Source of the DNA: Candidatus Giovannonibacteria bacterium RIFOXYD1_FULL_48_21
GTDB taxonomy: Bacteria; Patescibacteriota; Minisyncoccia; JACPKW01; UBA11713
Direction of reading: 5' to 3'
Assembly (NCBI GenBank): GCA_001778985.1
Contig: MFIU01000001.1
Location: 190,934-254,933 of the forward strand
DNA length: 64,000 nucleotides
Shown: positions 26,978-36,022 of the stretch, piece after piece
Numbering within the stretch: position 1 is the first letter of the stretch
Layout: every line of letters starts with the position of its first letter
Program-made: the position numbers and the translations under genes
The notes under the pieces: model-generated
Told to the model about the DNA's origin: nothing
Databases searched by the model: none
The model's input: the letters and a program-made list of their open reading frames with translations, nothing else

Positions 26978-27235
26978 TTACTCTTTTAACGAGTCTGTTA
27001 ATCTCGATAATAAATGTCTTTTTTCGGTATATTTTTCTTTCAATTCTTTTTCTCTTTTGAAAGCATCATATTTACTTGTAAATGCTTCGTAATATATAAG
27101 CTTCCAAGGCCTCCCCCTTTTAGTTGAACTTACGCCTCCACTGTTATGTTCTACTAATCTTTTTTTGAGATCACCGGTACAACCTATATATTTTGTACCT
27201 GTGATACTGCTTTTAAGGAGATAGACGTAATGCAT
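26978..27235 (-). CDS. Small GIY-YIG nuclease family protein (paralog 2); the ORF track extends it to a TTG at 27244
   Basis: HYVYLLKS..YIGCT.DL.KRL.EHN signature; the stop codon abuts the 5' end of tRNA-Ser(UGA). Confidence 0.8.
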   Translation of the reverse strand: MHYVYLLKSSITGTKYIGCTGDLKKRLVEHNSGGVSSTKRGRPWKLIYYEAFTSKYDAFKREKELKEKYTEKRHLLSRLTDSLKE

Positions 27236-27292
27236 TTTATTCAACCACTCCCTCGGCCGTAGCCCGGCCTACGGGCGAGGCTGCCACCCCAC
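27236..27292 (-). pseudogene. Degenerate duplicate of the 5' about 20 nt of tRNA-Ser(UGA) (GGTGGGGTGGC..CCGAGGGAGTGGTTGAAT) interrupted by a GC hairpin; ends at the GIY-YIG start
   Basis: Ordered identity to the tRNA acceptor/D-arm; inserted palindrome CCGTAGGCCGGGCTACGG. Confidence 0.55.
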
Positions 27293-27294
27293 CT

Positions 27295-27531
27295 TCATCG
27301 GCCGTATTTTTTTAGGCGGTAAGCGTCCGAGTGGTCTATCAGGTTTTCTTTATCGGCTCTGTCTATTATTTTGTTTAGCTCTTTTTTTGACAAACCAGAT
27401 GGTCGCAAAGTTTCTGGCTTGGCCATCTTAAAAAGCTCTTTCTTTTCTTTTGGGCCTAACTTCAATCCCTTGACTAAACCCTTAAGTTCTTTACTTGATT
27501 TGATATGACTTTTTTCGTCAAACAGTCCCAT
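27295..27531 (-). CDS. Hypothetical Lys-rich small protein (78 aa)
   Basis: ORF only. Confidence 0.35.
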   Translation of the reverse strand: MGLFDEKSHIKSSKELKGLVKGLKLGPKEKKELFKMAKPETLRPSGLSKKELNKIIDRADKENLIDHSDAYRLKKYGR

Positions 27532-27544
27532 GTTGTTATTTTAG

Positions 27545-27802
27545 TTATTTCTTAATAAAAGGCAATCGGATTAATTTCTTAAAGGCCTCTCCAGATTTAT
27601 AAGATTTGATCTCGATCTCTCTTTTTCTGGCAGACGTTTTGTCGGTCATGAATTCTTTATAAATTAGTTGCCACTGGCGGTAAGCTTTTGTGGAACGAAC
27701 CTTCCCAGCATTGTGAGACCTTAGTCTTTTATCCAGGTTTCCCGTGTATCCAATGTAGTGGCGCTGGAAATTTATACTTTTTAGGATATAGACCTCATAC
27801 AT
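27545..27802 (-). CDS. Small GIY-YIG nuclease family protein (paralog 3)
   Basis: YEVYILKS..YIGYT.NL.KRL.SHN signature; 85 aa. Confidence 0.8.
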   Translation of the reverse strand: MYEVYILKSINFQRHYIGYTGNLDKRLRSHNAGKVRSTKAYRQWQLIYKEFMTDKTSARKREIEIKSYKSGEAFKKLIRLPFIKK

Positions 27803-27874
27803 TTTTTAAGTATTTTCCCCGCTTGCTACTTTAAATATTTTAATCAAGGTAAGCGGGGTCACGCCTTCCGTGAA

Positions 27875-28363
27875 TTATTTTTTATTATTGTTCAGGCGTG
27901 AATCCACCATTTTAATTTCTTCGTCAATGCCGTCTATCAATTCGTAATTTTGAACTTCGTCGGAGCCTATCCAGGCATGGTCAATACTTTCGGGGTTTAA
28001 CGTAACCTCTCCGGATTTGAACGGCGCGTAAAAGCTCAAAGTCACAACGGGAGTTTTGTCGGGACGAATGAAAGTCATATCCAAGAGATAATCTATCTTT
28101 CCGACTTCTAATCCGACTTCCTCTTTAAGCTCTCTGCGAAGCGTCTTCTCCAGAGCGTTATACCAAACGCCGTGCTCATTGGCCTTTTCGCCTGCGTAAT
28201 CGTCCACCGTCATCCCGCCTCCGGGCACGGTCCAGAAACCCGGCCAGGCTTTTTTGTTTAAGGCGCGGCGCGTGATTAAAAACTTGCTATCTTTATGTAT
28301 GATGCAAGTCGCGACGATGCGATGCAGTTCTTTGTTGTTCGGAAGTTCCATACTACGGGGCAA
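27875..28363 (-). CDS. NUDIX hydrolase
   Basis: Nudix box (G.GG....E.....L.RELKEEVGL). Confidence 0.75.
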   Translation of the reverse strand: MPRSMELPNNKELHRIVATCIIHKDSKFLITRRALNKKAWPGFWTVPGGGMTVDDYAGEKANEHGVWYNALEKTLRRELKEEVGLEVGKIDYLLDMTFIRPDKTPVVTLSFYAPFKSGEVTLNPESIDHAWIGSDEVQNYELIDGIDEEIKMVDSRLNNNKK

Positions 28364-28589
28364 GAAGTTTTTTGATTTCTGAAATATTTTCCAGGGTCAC
28401 GAAAAGAGAATTCAGATAAGGCTGGAGCTGGAGAAAGCCGATTACCAGAATGGCGACCACGAGAAGTATTTTTGAAATTGAATAAATTCTCCGCCAGGTT
28501 AAATCGCGGCGCAGTTTTTGCAAAATCTCAAGCGATTTTTGCGAAGCCTCTAAATTTTTCTCCAAAAGCTCTTTAATTTTTTCGTCCAT
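28353..28589 (-). CDS. Hypothetical small membrane protein
   Basis: ORF plus one TM segment. Confidence 0.3.
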   Translation of the reverse strand: MDEKIKELLEKNLEASQKSLEILQKLRRDLTWRRIYSISKILLVVAILVIGFLQLQPYLNSLFVTLENISEIKKLLAP

Positions 28590-28660
28590 ACCTTGAGTTT
28601 AACATATTTATTGTTTATACTTTATTTGATTAATTTGGAGGAGTGGCTCGTCGGAATGAC

Positions 28661-28749
28661 GGTGGGTTGGCCGAGCGGCTTAAGGCAACGGATTGCTAAT
28701 CCGTGGGGGCGAAAGCCCCACAGAGGTTCGAATCCTCTACCCACCGCCA
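28661..28749 (+). tRNA. tRNA-Ser(GCU) with a long variable arm and encoded CCA
   Basis: Cloverleaf: acceptor GGTGGGT/ACCCACC, anticodon stem ACGGA/TCCGT, loop TTGCTAA, T-loop TTCGAAT. Confidence 0.85.
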
Positions 28750-28769
28750 GTTAGGAAATAAAGTCATTG

Positions 28770-28885
28770 GCTCGCCCGCTACCTGCCCGTCCGGCAGGCG
28801 GGCGCGGGCTCGCCAGCCCTGCCTGCGGCAGGCAGGCGTTTTTCGGGGAAATTTTCCGCCATAGGCGGATCTGCCTATGGCATGA
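28770..28885 (+). terminator. Cluster of GC-rich hairpins after tRNA-Ser(GCU): CCTGCC-CGTCC-GGCAGG; CCTGCCTGC-GGCAGGCAGG followed by TTTTT (likely intrinsic terminator); GCCATAGGC-GGATCT-GCCTATGGC
   Basis: Read directly; a T-run follows the second hairpin. Confidence 0.55.
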
Positions 28886-29034
28886 CAAGCCGTTTTGAAT
28901 TCAGTAAAGCCAGAGTTCAATAGTAGATTTGATAAGACAAACTTATTGTTTATAAATATATTTAAAAACGGTTTTTTGTTAAGATGAAGCAAGGAGATAC
29001 GAAATAATTTATTAATAGCACAAGAAGAATTGAA

Positions 29035-29220
29035 TTGATGAAAGAAAACATTATTAACAACATTAAATTTATTGTTTTTGGAACATTGGTAGTTGTAGAG
29101 ATTCTTATTTTTTTGGTCATAGCGCTTTCTTTAGAGGGGGAATTACTTATTTTGTTTACTATTGGGATAATTTTAATACCTATTTTAATCTGGTTAGGAA
29201 ATATCAAAACAAAACTATGA
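29035..29220 (+). CDS. Hypothetical small membrane protein (61 aa, 2 TM), very AT-rich
   Basis: ORF plus hydrophobicity. Confidence 0.3.
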   Translation: MMKENIINNIKFIVFGTLVVVEILIFLVIALSLEGELLILFTIGIILIPILIWLGNIKTKL

Positions 29221-29331
29221 AAGAAGAAATTAAGTAAATAAAAGGATTGGAAGAATTAGCCGCCAGAGAAAAAAGATGTAATACTCGCAAGGTTGATAGT
29301 AATTAAGTCTAAAGGGAGATGAAAAATACTT

Positions 29332-29517
29332 ATGAAAACTCTTAAATGTGACCTGTGCGAAGTAACGGCGAAGGGCGAAACATTCGAAGAATGGATGGAG
29401 GCACTGAAGCCACATTATATGCAAGCGCACGCAGATGTGATGAACAATCCAAAAAACGGAAAGAAAGAAATGGAGAAATGGATGGCTGAAAACAAGGCGC
29501 GGTTTGATGCTGCCTAA
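29332..29517 (+). CDS. Small DUF1059-like protein (61 aa)
   Basis: MKT.KC..C......GET.EE....A..H....H pattern resembling DUF1059. Confidence 0.35.
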   Translation: MKTLKCDLCEVTAKGETFEEWMEALKPHYMQAHADVMNNPKNGKKEMEKWMAENKARFDAA

Positions 29518-29616
29518 AAATACACAAAAAATCAGTTCTAAAATTATCGTGTGTAGTATAGAATCTGCCGCCAAAGAGAAACTTAACATTATTACTAATA
29601 AAAGATGATTTAAAAT

Positions 29617-30009
29617 ATGAGAAACTTACTAACAACTGGAGAAGCATTCTTGAAGGCGCTGACCGCTCGTGATTTTAAACGAATGGGGACTTTCTTGGTC
29701 CCGGATGTAAAGTTCCGCGCCCTTCTCCCGCCAGGCTCATTTGAGTGGAACGGCCCCGCCGCTGTAATCGAGAATCTTTCCAGTTGGTTTGGATCCGCGG
29801 AGGATTTTGAAGTGCTTGACTCTCAAATTGAAGAAGTAAATGGCCGTCTGCGACTCGCATACAAGTTTCGGCTCCGTCCCCATCCGTTTAAACCCGGCTC
29901 GGGGTGGCATGTCATCGAGCAGCAACTGTTTTGTGACGGAGGAGCCGAGGCACTTATTGGCATTGATTTACTTTGTTCCGGTTTTCTTCCCGAAATCGAG
30001 AATAAGTAA
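29617..30009 (+). CDS. Hypothetical NTF2/SnoaL-like fold protein
   Basis: ORF; weak pattern similarity to NTF2-like superfamily; GC-richer than its surroundings. Confidence 0.3.
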   Translation: MRNLLTTGEAFLKALTARDFKRMGTFLVPDVKFRALLPPGSFEWNGPAAVIENLSSWFGSAEDFEVLDSQIEEVNGRLRLAYKFRLRPHPFKPGSGWHVIEQQLFCDGGAEALIGIDLLCSGFLPEIENK

Positions 30010-30287
30010 GGCCTCTCTCTTTTATAGATTTGAATCAAATTTAGCTTCCGCGGCGTTATACTGATATCCATGACCAGAAACCCATTCATCAATGCTTTCG
30101 CGGCGCCCGTGATGGGCTATTTTTTTCTACCAGCCGTTCCAGCTTTATTTTGACGGAGAGAAGAAAAACGCCGCAAATCTTTTTCTAAAAACCCTCGGTA
30201 TTTTCGCTGGAATAACCATCCTATTGCTTATTTTCATATTCATGTTAAACTCGTTTTGAATAATTCATCAAAAGAAAGGAGCGGGAG

Positions 30288-30989
30288 ATGAAAAGCAATG
30301 ACGAGCTCTTTGGAGTTAAGCAGAAATTGAGGGTCGCCGCGGAATGCGCGTTTTTACAGCAGAGACATCGTCAGGCCTATCATAGTTTTTTAAAAACAGG
30401 ATTGCCCGACGAAGTTGAAAAGGCGATAAAGACTTGCCTCTTGGCCGACGTTTCGGAAGGGGTCGTGTATCATATCATAGACGCGGCTTGGAAGATGGCG
30501 CTCCAACGCCACGAGGCGCGGAAGGAAGTTTTTGTGGCCGCAAGCCTCACTCGCGCGCGGAGCACTCTTCCTTACGTCAAGTTCGCCATCAAGTTTGTCC
30601 GCGGACAGGGATACCGCGTGCTCTCGGAGCACAACGGGGCCGACCATCCGCTTAAAACTTTTCTCGAACAAGTCGGCAATCCGGAAACATACAATCATAA
30701 CCTCTTCCGCGACACCGACAACACGTGGATTAAAAAGTGCGGGTTATTTATAGCAGACCTCACCGACCCGAGCCACGGCGTGGGAGGAGAGTGGGAAAAC
30801 TGCCGCTTGAAGCCGGAGCTGGGCTCGTTTTTGACCCCCATGCTCGGCATTTCCCTGGCAGACACCAAGGTTTCCGCCTATGTCGATGGAATTAGAGAGG
30901 AAGAAAAGTCGTTCATCTGGTTTCGTTCTTACCGCGATGAGGATGATTTAGCCGGAATTCTTTCGGAATTTTTGGAAAAGTTCGGCTAG
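30288..30989 (+). CDS. Hypothetical protein with a C-terminal nucleoside 2-deoxyribosyltransferase-like (Rossmann) domain
   Basis: KEVFVAASL (beta1) ... GLFIADLTDPSHGVGGEWENC resembles the NDT catalytic-Glu region (D..D...D.GTAFEIG). Confidence 0.3.
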   Translation: MKSNDELFGVKQKLRVAAECAFLQQRHRQAYHSFLKTGLPDEVEKAIKTCLLADVSEGVVYHIIDAAWKMALQRHEARKEVFVAASLTRARSTLPYVKFAIKFVRGQGYRVLSEHNGADHPLKTFLEQVGNPETYNHNLFRDTDNTWIKKCGLFIADLTDPSHGVGGEWENCRLKPELGSFLTPMLGISLADTKVSAYVDGIREEEKSFIWFRSYRDEDDLAGILSEFLEKFG

Positions 30990-31013
30990 ATTTCGGCAAG
31001 TGCTTACTCACTG

Positions 31014-31050
31014 TTTTGAAGGGGCCGGTTCGTTTTACGAACCGGCTTTC
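31014..31050. terminator. Bidirectional intrinsic terminator: GCCGGTTCG-TTTTA-CGAACCGGC followed by TTTCTTTTTT
   Basis: 9-bp GC stem plus T-run, between convergent genes. Confidence 0.75.
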
Positions 31051-31054
31051 TTTT

Positions 31055-31711
31055 TTATCCTCTCGCTACCACCAGACCGATGACCGCTTTGGCTCCGGAG
31101 GATTTTAGAACGCGCGCCGCTTCGGAAAGCGTGGCGCCGGTGGTAGAGATGTCGTCCACCAAAAGCACGGTTTTGTTTTTGACGCGTTCCGGAAACTTTA
31201 CCCCGAAGGAATCGTAAACGTTCAAGACTCTTTCCCGGCCGGAGAGCGCGGTCTGCGAGGGCGTGGCTTTTATTTTTTTCAGAAGGCCGGCGTCAAAGGG
31301 GATTTTCGTTTCGGCGGACAATTTTTCCGCGAGAAGCGCGGCTTGGTTGTAGCCGCGGTCCAATTCTTTTCTGAGATGGAGGGGAATGGGCAGTATTACG
31401 GTTTTTTCAGAAAAAGAAGAAAGATAGGGCTTTATCAAATCATGAAGAATCTTGGTAAGGGGACTCGCGAGCCCGTAAGTGCCGTGGTATTTGAAGCGGC
31501 GAAGTGCCTCTCTTAAAATTTTATCCTCGTATGAACCCCAGCTGAAAAGCCGGTCCAAAAAGGGCAGGGAAGATTTTTCTCTGAAATTTTTTCTAGATTT
31601 CGCCAGGCAGTTTTTGCACAAGAGTTCGCCTTCCTGGCGGCAGCCCAAGCAGCGTTGGGGGAATAAAACCTCGAGGAATCTATTTAAAACCGTGTGGATA
31701 AGCCGCCGCAT
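31055..31711 (-). CDS. comFC: ComF family protein (ComFC; zinc ribbon plus phosphoribosyltransferase domain)
   Basis: N-terminal CxxC..CxxC and PRTase motif (VLLVDDISTTGATL). Confidence 0.8.
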   Translation of the reverse strand: MRRLIHTVLNRFLEVLFPQRCLGCRQEGELLCKNCLAKSRKNFREKSSLPFLDRLFSWGSYEDKILREALRRFKYHGTYGLASPLTKILHDLIKPYLSSFSEKTVILPIPLHLRKELDRGYNQAALLAEKLSAETKIPFDAGLLKKIKATPSQTALSGRERVLNVYDSFGVKFPERVKNKTVLLVDDISTTGATLSEAARVLKSSGAKAVIGLVVARG

Positions 31712-31751
31712 ATGTTATTATTATGATATAATATAAAGGAAGCTCTAGGGC

Positions 31752-32873
31752 ATGGATTTACCTTTGTTTAAAAAGTACAGCGAAAAGGGATTAGCTCTTT
31801 TCAAAAGACAGACGAGCGTCGTCGGCATTGATTTGGGTTCGTCGAGCCTGAAGATTGTTCAGCTTCGCAAGGAGAAAGAGCGAGCAGTACTCGAAACCTA
31901 CGGCGAGATTTCCACCGGACCTTACGCTGGTTCGCCCGTGGGAAAAAGCGTGCGTCTCTTGGACAAGAAAGTTGTGGAGATGCTGACGGACTTGCTCCGC
32001 GAGGCCAATGCCAAGGCCGTCCAAGCCGTGGTTTCCATTCCGCTCCGTTCGAGTTTCATCCGAATGATTTCGATGCCTCTGATGTCCGAGAAAGAGCTGG
32101 CGGAAGCCATCCCCTTCGAGGCCAGAAAATATATTCCGGTTCCGGCCAGCGAAGTGGTCATCGACTGGTGGCTTTTGCCGGAAGGGATAAGCTCCGAAGG
32201 AAAAGACAGCGAAGGCTTTATCAAAGAGCGGAAGTTTGCGGAAGTCTTGCTGGTGGCGATTCACCGCGAAGCCATCGAGAAATATAAGCGCATTTTTCAG
32301 GAAGCTAAGCTCGAAGTGAATTCTTTTGAAATCGAAGTTTTCAGCCAAGTGCGCTCGATTCTTGGCCGCGAGATTCAGCCGGTTTTGATGGTGGATTTCG
32401 GCGCGCAGGCTACCCGGTTCGTGGTGGTGGATTACGGCATCGTGCGCTTGGCGCACACCGTGGAGCGCGGTTCTCTGGAGCTGACCGACGCCCTCTCGCG
32501 TTCTCTGGGGGTGGATTTCGAAAGAGCCGAGCGCTTAAAACAGGACATCGGTTTCTCGCCGCGGCCGGAGCATAAAGAGACCGCGAACGTGATTGAGCCG
32601 CTCTTGGACCATATTTTTTCGGAAGGGCTGAGAGTGGTGACAGAATATCACCGCCGTTCCGAGCGGCCGATTAAAAAAGTTTGGCTCACTGGAGGCGGCT
32701 CGCTCTTGAAGGGACTGGTTGATTTTTCCATAAACAAGTTTGGACTCGAGGCCAGGCTCGCCGAACCGTTTTCAAAAACCGAATATCCGGCCTTTTTGGA
32801 AGAAAATTTGAAAGAGATCGGACCGATTTTCGCCACGGCCCTGGGAAGTGCGCTTAGAGCTTTGCAAGAATAG
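31752..32873 (+). CDS. pilM: Type IV pilus assembly protein PilM
   Basis: Actin-like ATPase fold motifs (VGIDLGSSSLKIV), 373 aa. Confidence 0.85.
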   Translation: MDLPLFKKYSEKGLALFKRQTSVVGIDLGSSSLKIVQLRKEKERAVLETYGEISTGPYAGSPVGKSVRLLDKKVVEMLTDLLREANAKAVQAVVSIPLRSSFIRMISMPLMSEKELAEAIPFEARKYIPVPASEVVIDWWLLPEGISSEGKDSEGFIKERKFAEVLLVAIHREAIEKYKRIFQEAKLEVNSFEIEVFSQVRSILGREIQPVLMVDFGAQATRFVVVDYGIVRLAHTVERGSLELTDALSRSLGVDFERAERLKQDIGFSPRPEHKETANVIEPLLDHIFSEGLRVVTEYHRRSERPIKKVWLTGGGSLLKGLVDFSINKFGLEARLAEPFSKTEYPAFLEENLKEIGPIFATALGSALRALQE

Positions 32874-32890
32874 ATTAAAATTTAATTATC

Positions 32891-33439
32891 ATGGCAGAAC
32901 CATCCTTTATACCAAAAAGTCTTCCCCAACGCCTCGCCCAAGCGCGGGAACCCTTGGGAACTTTTCTGTTTTTGGGAGTTTTGGTTTTCGTGATTTCGCT
33001 TTTGGCGCTCGGCGGCTTATTTTTCTACGAGCGCTTGCTTTCCAGCCAGATTACGGACCTCGTAAAATCGCTGGAGCGTCTGAAGGCCGACTTTGACGCG
33101 GACTCCATAAACGAACTCGCCCGCGTTTCAGAGTCAATCCAGACCGCCCAAGAGGTCCTGTTCAGTCACCGCCGCGTTTCCAACGTGTTCATGCTTCTGG
33201 AGTCAAGCACCCTGCCGGAGGTCAGGTTTTCAAAGTTTTCTTTCGACGCGGCTTCCAACCAGCTTACCCTCGCGGCCGAAGCCAAAAGTTACACGGCCCT
33301 CGCCCACCAGACCGAAATTTTTAAGAAATCCTCCGGCGTATCAAAAACATCTTTGTCGAGTTTTTCCCTGACTCCTGCCGGAGGCGTTGATTATGAGGTC
33401 GACCTTACTTTTAATCCCGCTTTGGTTCTCGCACGCTGA
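32891..33439 (+). CDS. pilN: PilN-like pilus assembly protein
   Basis: N-terminal TM plus coiled periplasmic region; positioned after pilM. Confidence 0.6.
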   Translation: MAEPSFIPKSLPQRLAQAREPLGTFLFLGVLVFVISLLALGGLFFYERLLSSQITDLVKSLERLKADFDADSINELARVSESIQTAQEVLFSHRRVSNVFMLLESSTLPEVRFSKFSFDAASNQLTLAAEAKSYTALAHQTEIFKKSSGVSKTSLSSFSLTPAGGVDYEVDLTFNPALVLAR

Positions 33440-33987
33440 TGGGACGGAATTTTTTAGGCCTGGTTCTGATTGTGGCGGCGGCCGGGGTGAGCGCTTTCTG
33501 GGCTTATCCCTTATGGCTGGAGGTAGGCGAATTGGGCGGGACGAAAGAGGAGCTGACTCGAACCGTGAACCAAGTTAAAGACTTGGCGCGTCGGCGGGAC
33601 GATCTTTTGGCCAGTTACAATTCCATTCCCCGCCAGGATTTGGAAAGTTTGGAAGAATTTTTTCCGAGCAGTCCGGAGGCCGGACTGCTCTTGGTTAACC
33701 TCGAGAGTCTCGCCCGGGGCTCGGGGCTTTTGCTCAAAACCATCGCCGTGAGCGAAGGCGGAGAGCTTCAAGTTCAGCCGGCGGACCAGCCCCAGGAGAA
33801 AGTTTCGAGCTTGCCTTTTCAGATTTCAGTTTCCGGTTCGTACGCCGCTTTTCGTTCTTTTCTGGCCGCCTTGGAGTCTTCGCGCCGCCTTATTGAGCTC
33901 GACCAAATTTCCTTCGACTCCGGCAAGGCCGGAACAAAAGAGTCTTACGAGTTTACGATTCAGGCTCACACTTATTGGAGAAAATAA
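33439..33987 (+). CDS. pilO: PilO-like pilus assembly protein
   Basis: N-terminal TM, coiled-coil, C-terminal alpha/beta domain; operon position. Confidence 0.55.
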   Translation: MGRNFLGLVLIVAAAGVSAFWAYPLWLEVGELGGTKEELTRTVNQVKDLARRRDDLLASYNSIPRQDLESLEEFFPSSPEAGLLLVNLESLARGSGLLLKTIAVSEGGELQVQPADQPQEKVSSLPFQISVSGSYAAFRSFLAALESSRRLIELDQISFDSGKAGTKESYEFTIQAHTYWRK

Positions 33988-34292
33988 ATGGCATGGGTAT
34001 TTCCAAACAAAACATTCTTACCGTAATCCTGTTTTTGGCTTTGTTCGGCATCGCCTATATTTGGTACACTTCTTTCTTTTCCAAGCCTCAGGAGGAAGAG
34101 GAAAGTCAGTCCACTCCAGCCGCAACACTTTCAACCCCCGATGAATTTCTCGCACTTTTGTTTCTTTTGGAACAGACAAAAATCGACCTGGAATTTTTTC
34201 AGAGCGAGAGTTTTAAAGAACTTAAGGGCGGGATTAAGCTGCCGCCTCTGCCAGCCGAGCGGGGACGGGTAAATCCTTTCGCACCTTTTTAA
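33975..34292 (+). CDS. Small PilP-like / pilus assembly membrane protein
   Basis: N-terminal TM, C-terminal RVNPFAP (PilP-type R-[DN]-P-F motif); operon position. Confidence 0.4.
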   Translation: MEKINGMGISKQNILTVILFLALFGIAYIWYTSFFSKPQEEEESQSTPAATLSTPDEFLALLFLLEQTKIDLEFFQSESFKELKGGIKLPPLPAERGRVNPFAPF

Positions 34293-34299
34293 AACTGGC

Positions 34300-36009
34300 A
34301 TGTCCGACACGCGTTTTGCGGATTTGCTTTTGCAAAAAGGTCTTATCACCAGGGATAAGTTTGAGAGCGCCCGAGGGGAAGCCGAACGCACCGGCCTTCT
34401 CCTTGAAGAAATTTTAGAAAACCAGGGGCTAAGTTCGGCCCAGATTCTCGAAGCCAAAACCAAGGCGACCGGCATCCCGGCCAAAAGTCTCGAGGGCGGC
34501 CGGGTGCCTTTCGATATCCTGCGCTACGTTCCGGAGGATTCCGCCCGCAACTACAGATTTGTGCCGCTTGGCATGAAAGAAGGGGTTTTGGAAATCGGCA
34601 TGCTTGACCCTTCGGACTTGGACGCCCGCGAAGCTCTCCAATTCATCGCCTCGCGCTTGAACCTGCCTTTCCGGGTTTATCTTATTTCCGCGGCGGATTT
34701 TAAACGTGTTTTGGAAGAATACAAAGGTTTGGGCGGAGAGGTTACCCGGGTTCTGGGCGAGCTGGAAATGGCGCTAAGCGAGGGAGGTCCTGTTCCGGAA
34801 GAATTGGCCGTTGAATCAAAGCTCGTCGAGGAAGCTCCCATTACCAAGATGGTCGCGGTTATTTTGAAACACGCCACCGAAGGCAAGGCTTCGGACGTCC
34901 ATATCGAGCCTTCCCGCGACAAACTCCGGGTGAGGTTTAGGGTGGATGGAATTTTACACACGAGTTTGATTTTGCCTCTGAAAGTGCACGAGGCCATAAT
35001 TTCCCGCATCAAGATTTTGACAAACATGCAGTTAGACGAAAAGAGAAAGCCGCAGGACGGCAGATTTTCCGCCCGGATTGAAAGCCGGGAAATAGACTTT
35101 CGCGTTTCCAGCTTCCCGACCACTTTCGGCGAGAAGATGGCGATTAGGATTTTGGATCCGGAAACCGGAGTGAAAAGCCTGGAAGCGCTGGGGCTCGATG
35201 GCCGGAATCTCGAGGCCATCCAAGCGGGCCTGAAGCGTCCCTACGGCATGATTTTGCTCACTGGTCCGACCGGCTCCGGAAAAACCACCACCCTTTACGC
35301 CATGCTCCAGACTTTGAATAAAGAGCGCTACAATATCGTCAGCTTGGAGGACCCCATTGAATACAATATAGAAGGCGTCAACCAATCGCAGGTCCGGCCA
35401 GAGATAAATTACGATTTTGCTTCAGGGCTCCGTTCCATCCTAAGGCAGGACCCTGATATAATTATGGTAGGCGAGATTCGCGACCGCGAAACCGCCGGCC
35501 TCGCGATTCACGCGGCCTTGACCGGCCATATTGTTCTTTCCACCCTGCACACCAATTCCGCCATCGGGGTCATTCCGAGGCTTATCGATATGGGAGTTGA
35601 CCCCTTCCTGATTGCTCCTACCCTTACCCTTGCCATCGGTCAGCGTCTGGTGCGAACCCTCTGCCCGGATTCCAAGAAAAAAGTGTCCCTGGTCGGTAGT
35701 GTTAGGGAAAAAATAGACGAGGAGTTTAAAGACATGTCGGAATCGGAAAAAAGACAGGTTAAATTTCCGAAAGAAATTTATCAAGCCTTGCCCTCGGCCT
35801 CTTGTCCCAAGGGCACCTCCGGCCGCATCGGCGTTTTCGAAGTTTTATCCATGACGCCCCAGCTTGAGAAGATTATTTTGAAAGTTCCGACCGAGACGGA
35901 AATTAGCGCGGAGGCCCGGCGCCAGGGTATGATAACCATGAGGGAGGACGGGATTTTAAAAGTGCTCTCCGGCCGGGTCGGCCTGGAGGAGCTCTCTGAA
36001 GTAACTTGA
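34300..36009 (+). CDS. pilB: Type IV pilus assembly ATPase PilB (GspE family)
   Basis: N-terminal MshEN-like domain, Walker A (LTGPTGSGKTTT), Asp/His boxes, tetracysteine. Confidence 0.92.
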   Translation: MSDTRFADLLLQKGLITRDKFESARGEAERTGLLLEEILENQGLSSAQILEAKTKATGIPAKSLEGGRVPFDILRYVPEDSARNYRFVPLGMKEGVLEIGMLDPSDLDAREALQFIASRLNLPFRVYLISAADFKRVLEEYKGLGGEVTRVLGELEMALSEGGPVPEELAVESKLVEEAPITKMVAVILKHATEGKASDVHIEPSRDKLRVRFRVDGILHTSLILPLKVHEAIISRIKILTNMQLDEKRKPQDGRFSARIESREIDFRVSSFPTTFGEKMAIRILDPETGVKSLEALGLDGRNLEAIQAGLKRPYGMILLTGPTGSGKTTTLYAMLQTLNKERYNIVSLEDPIEYNIEGVNQSQVRPEINYDFASGLRSILRQDPDIIMVGEIRDRETAGLAIHAALTGHIVLSTLHTNSAIGVIPRLIDMGVDPFLIAPTLTLAIGQRLVRTLCPDSKKKVSLVGSVREKIDEEFKDMSESEKRQVKFPKEIYQALPSASCPKGTSGRIGVFEVLSMTPQLEKIILKVPTETEISAEARRQGMITMREDGILKVLSGRVGLEELSEVT

Positions 36010-36022
36010 TGCGAACGCGAAT

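Noticed and set aside
27300-27345. 9-nt match CCGAGTGGT (also present in tRNA-Ser) inside ORF 27295-27531, considered as another tRNA relic
   Set aside because: Only 9 nt, no flanking colinearity with the tRNA, and it is in-frame coding sequence (..DHSDAYRL..); consistent with chance.
28696-28992. ORF 28696-28992 (minus, 98 aa)
   Set aside because: It lies across the GC-hairpin / terminator cluster after tRNA-Ser(GCU) and overlaps the tRNA 3' region; the composition is an artefact of the palindromes and there is no start context.
30060-30140. 27-codon hydrophobic micro-ORF (MTRNPFINAFAAPVMGYFFLPAVPALF) in the 30.0-30.3 kb gap
   Set aside because: Too short to support from sequence alone; no clear ribosome-binding site; mentioned only as a possibility.
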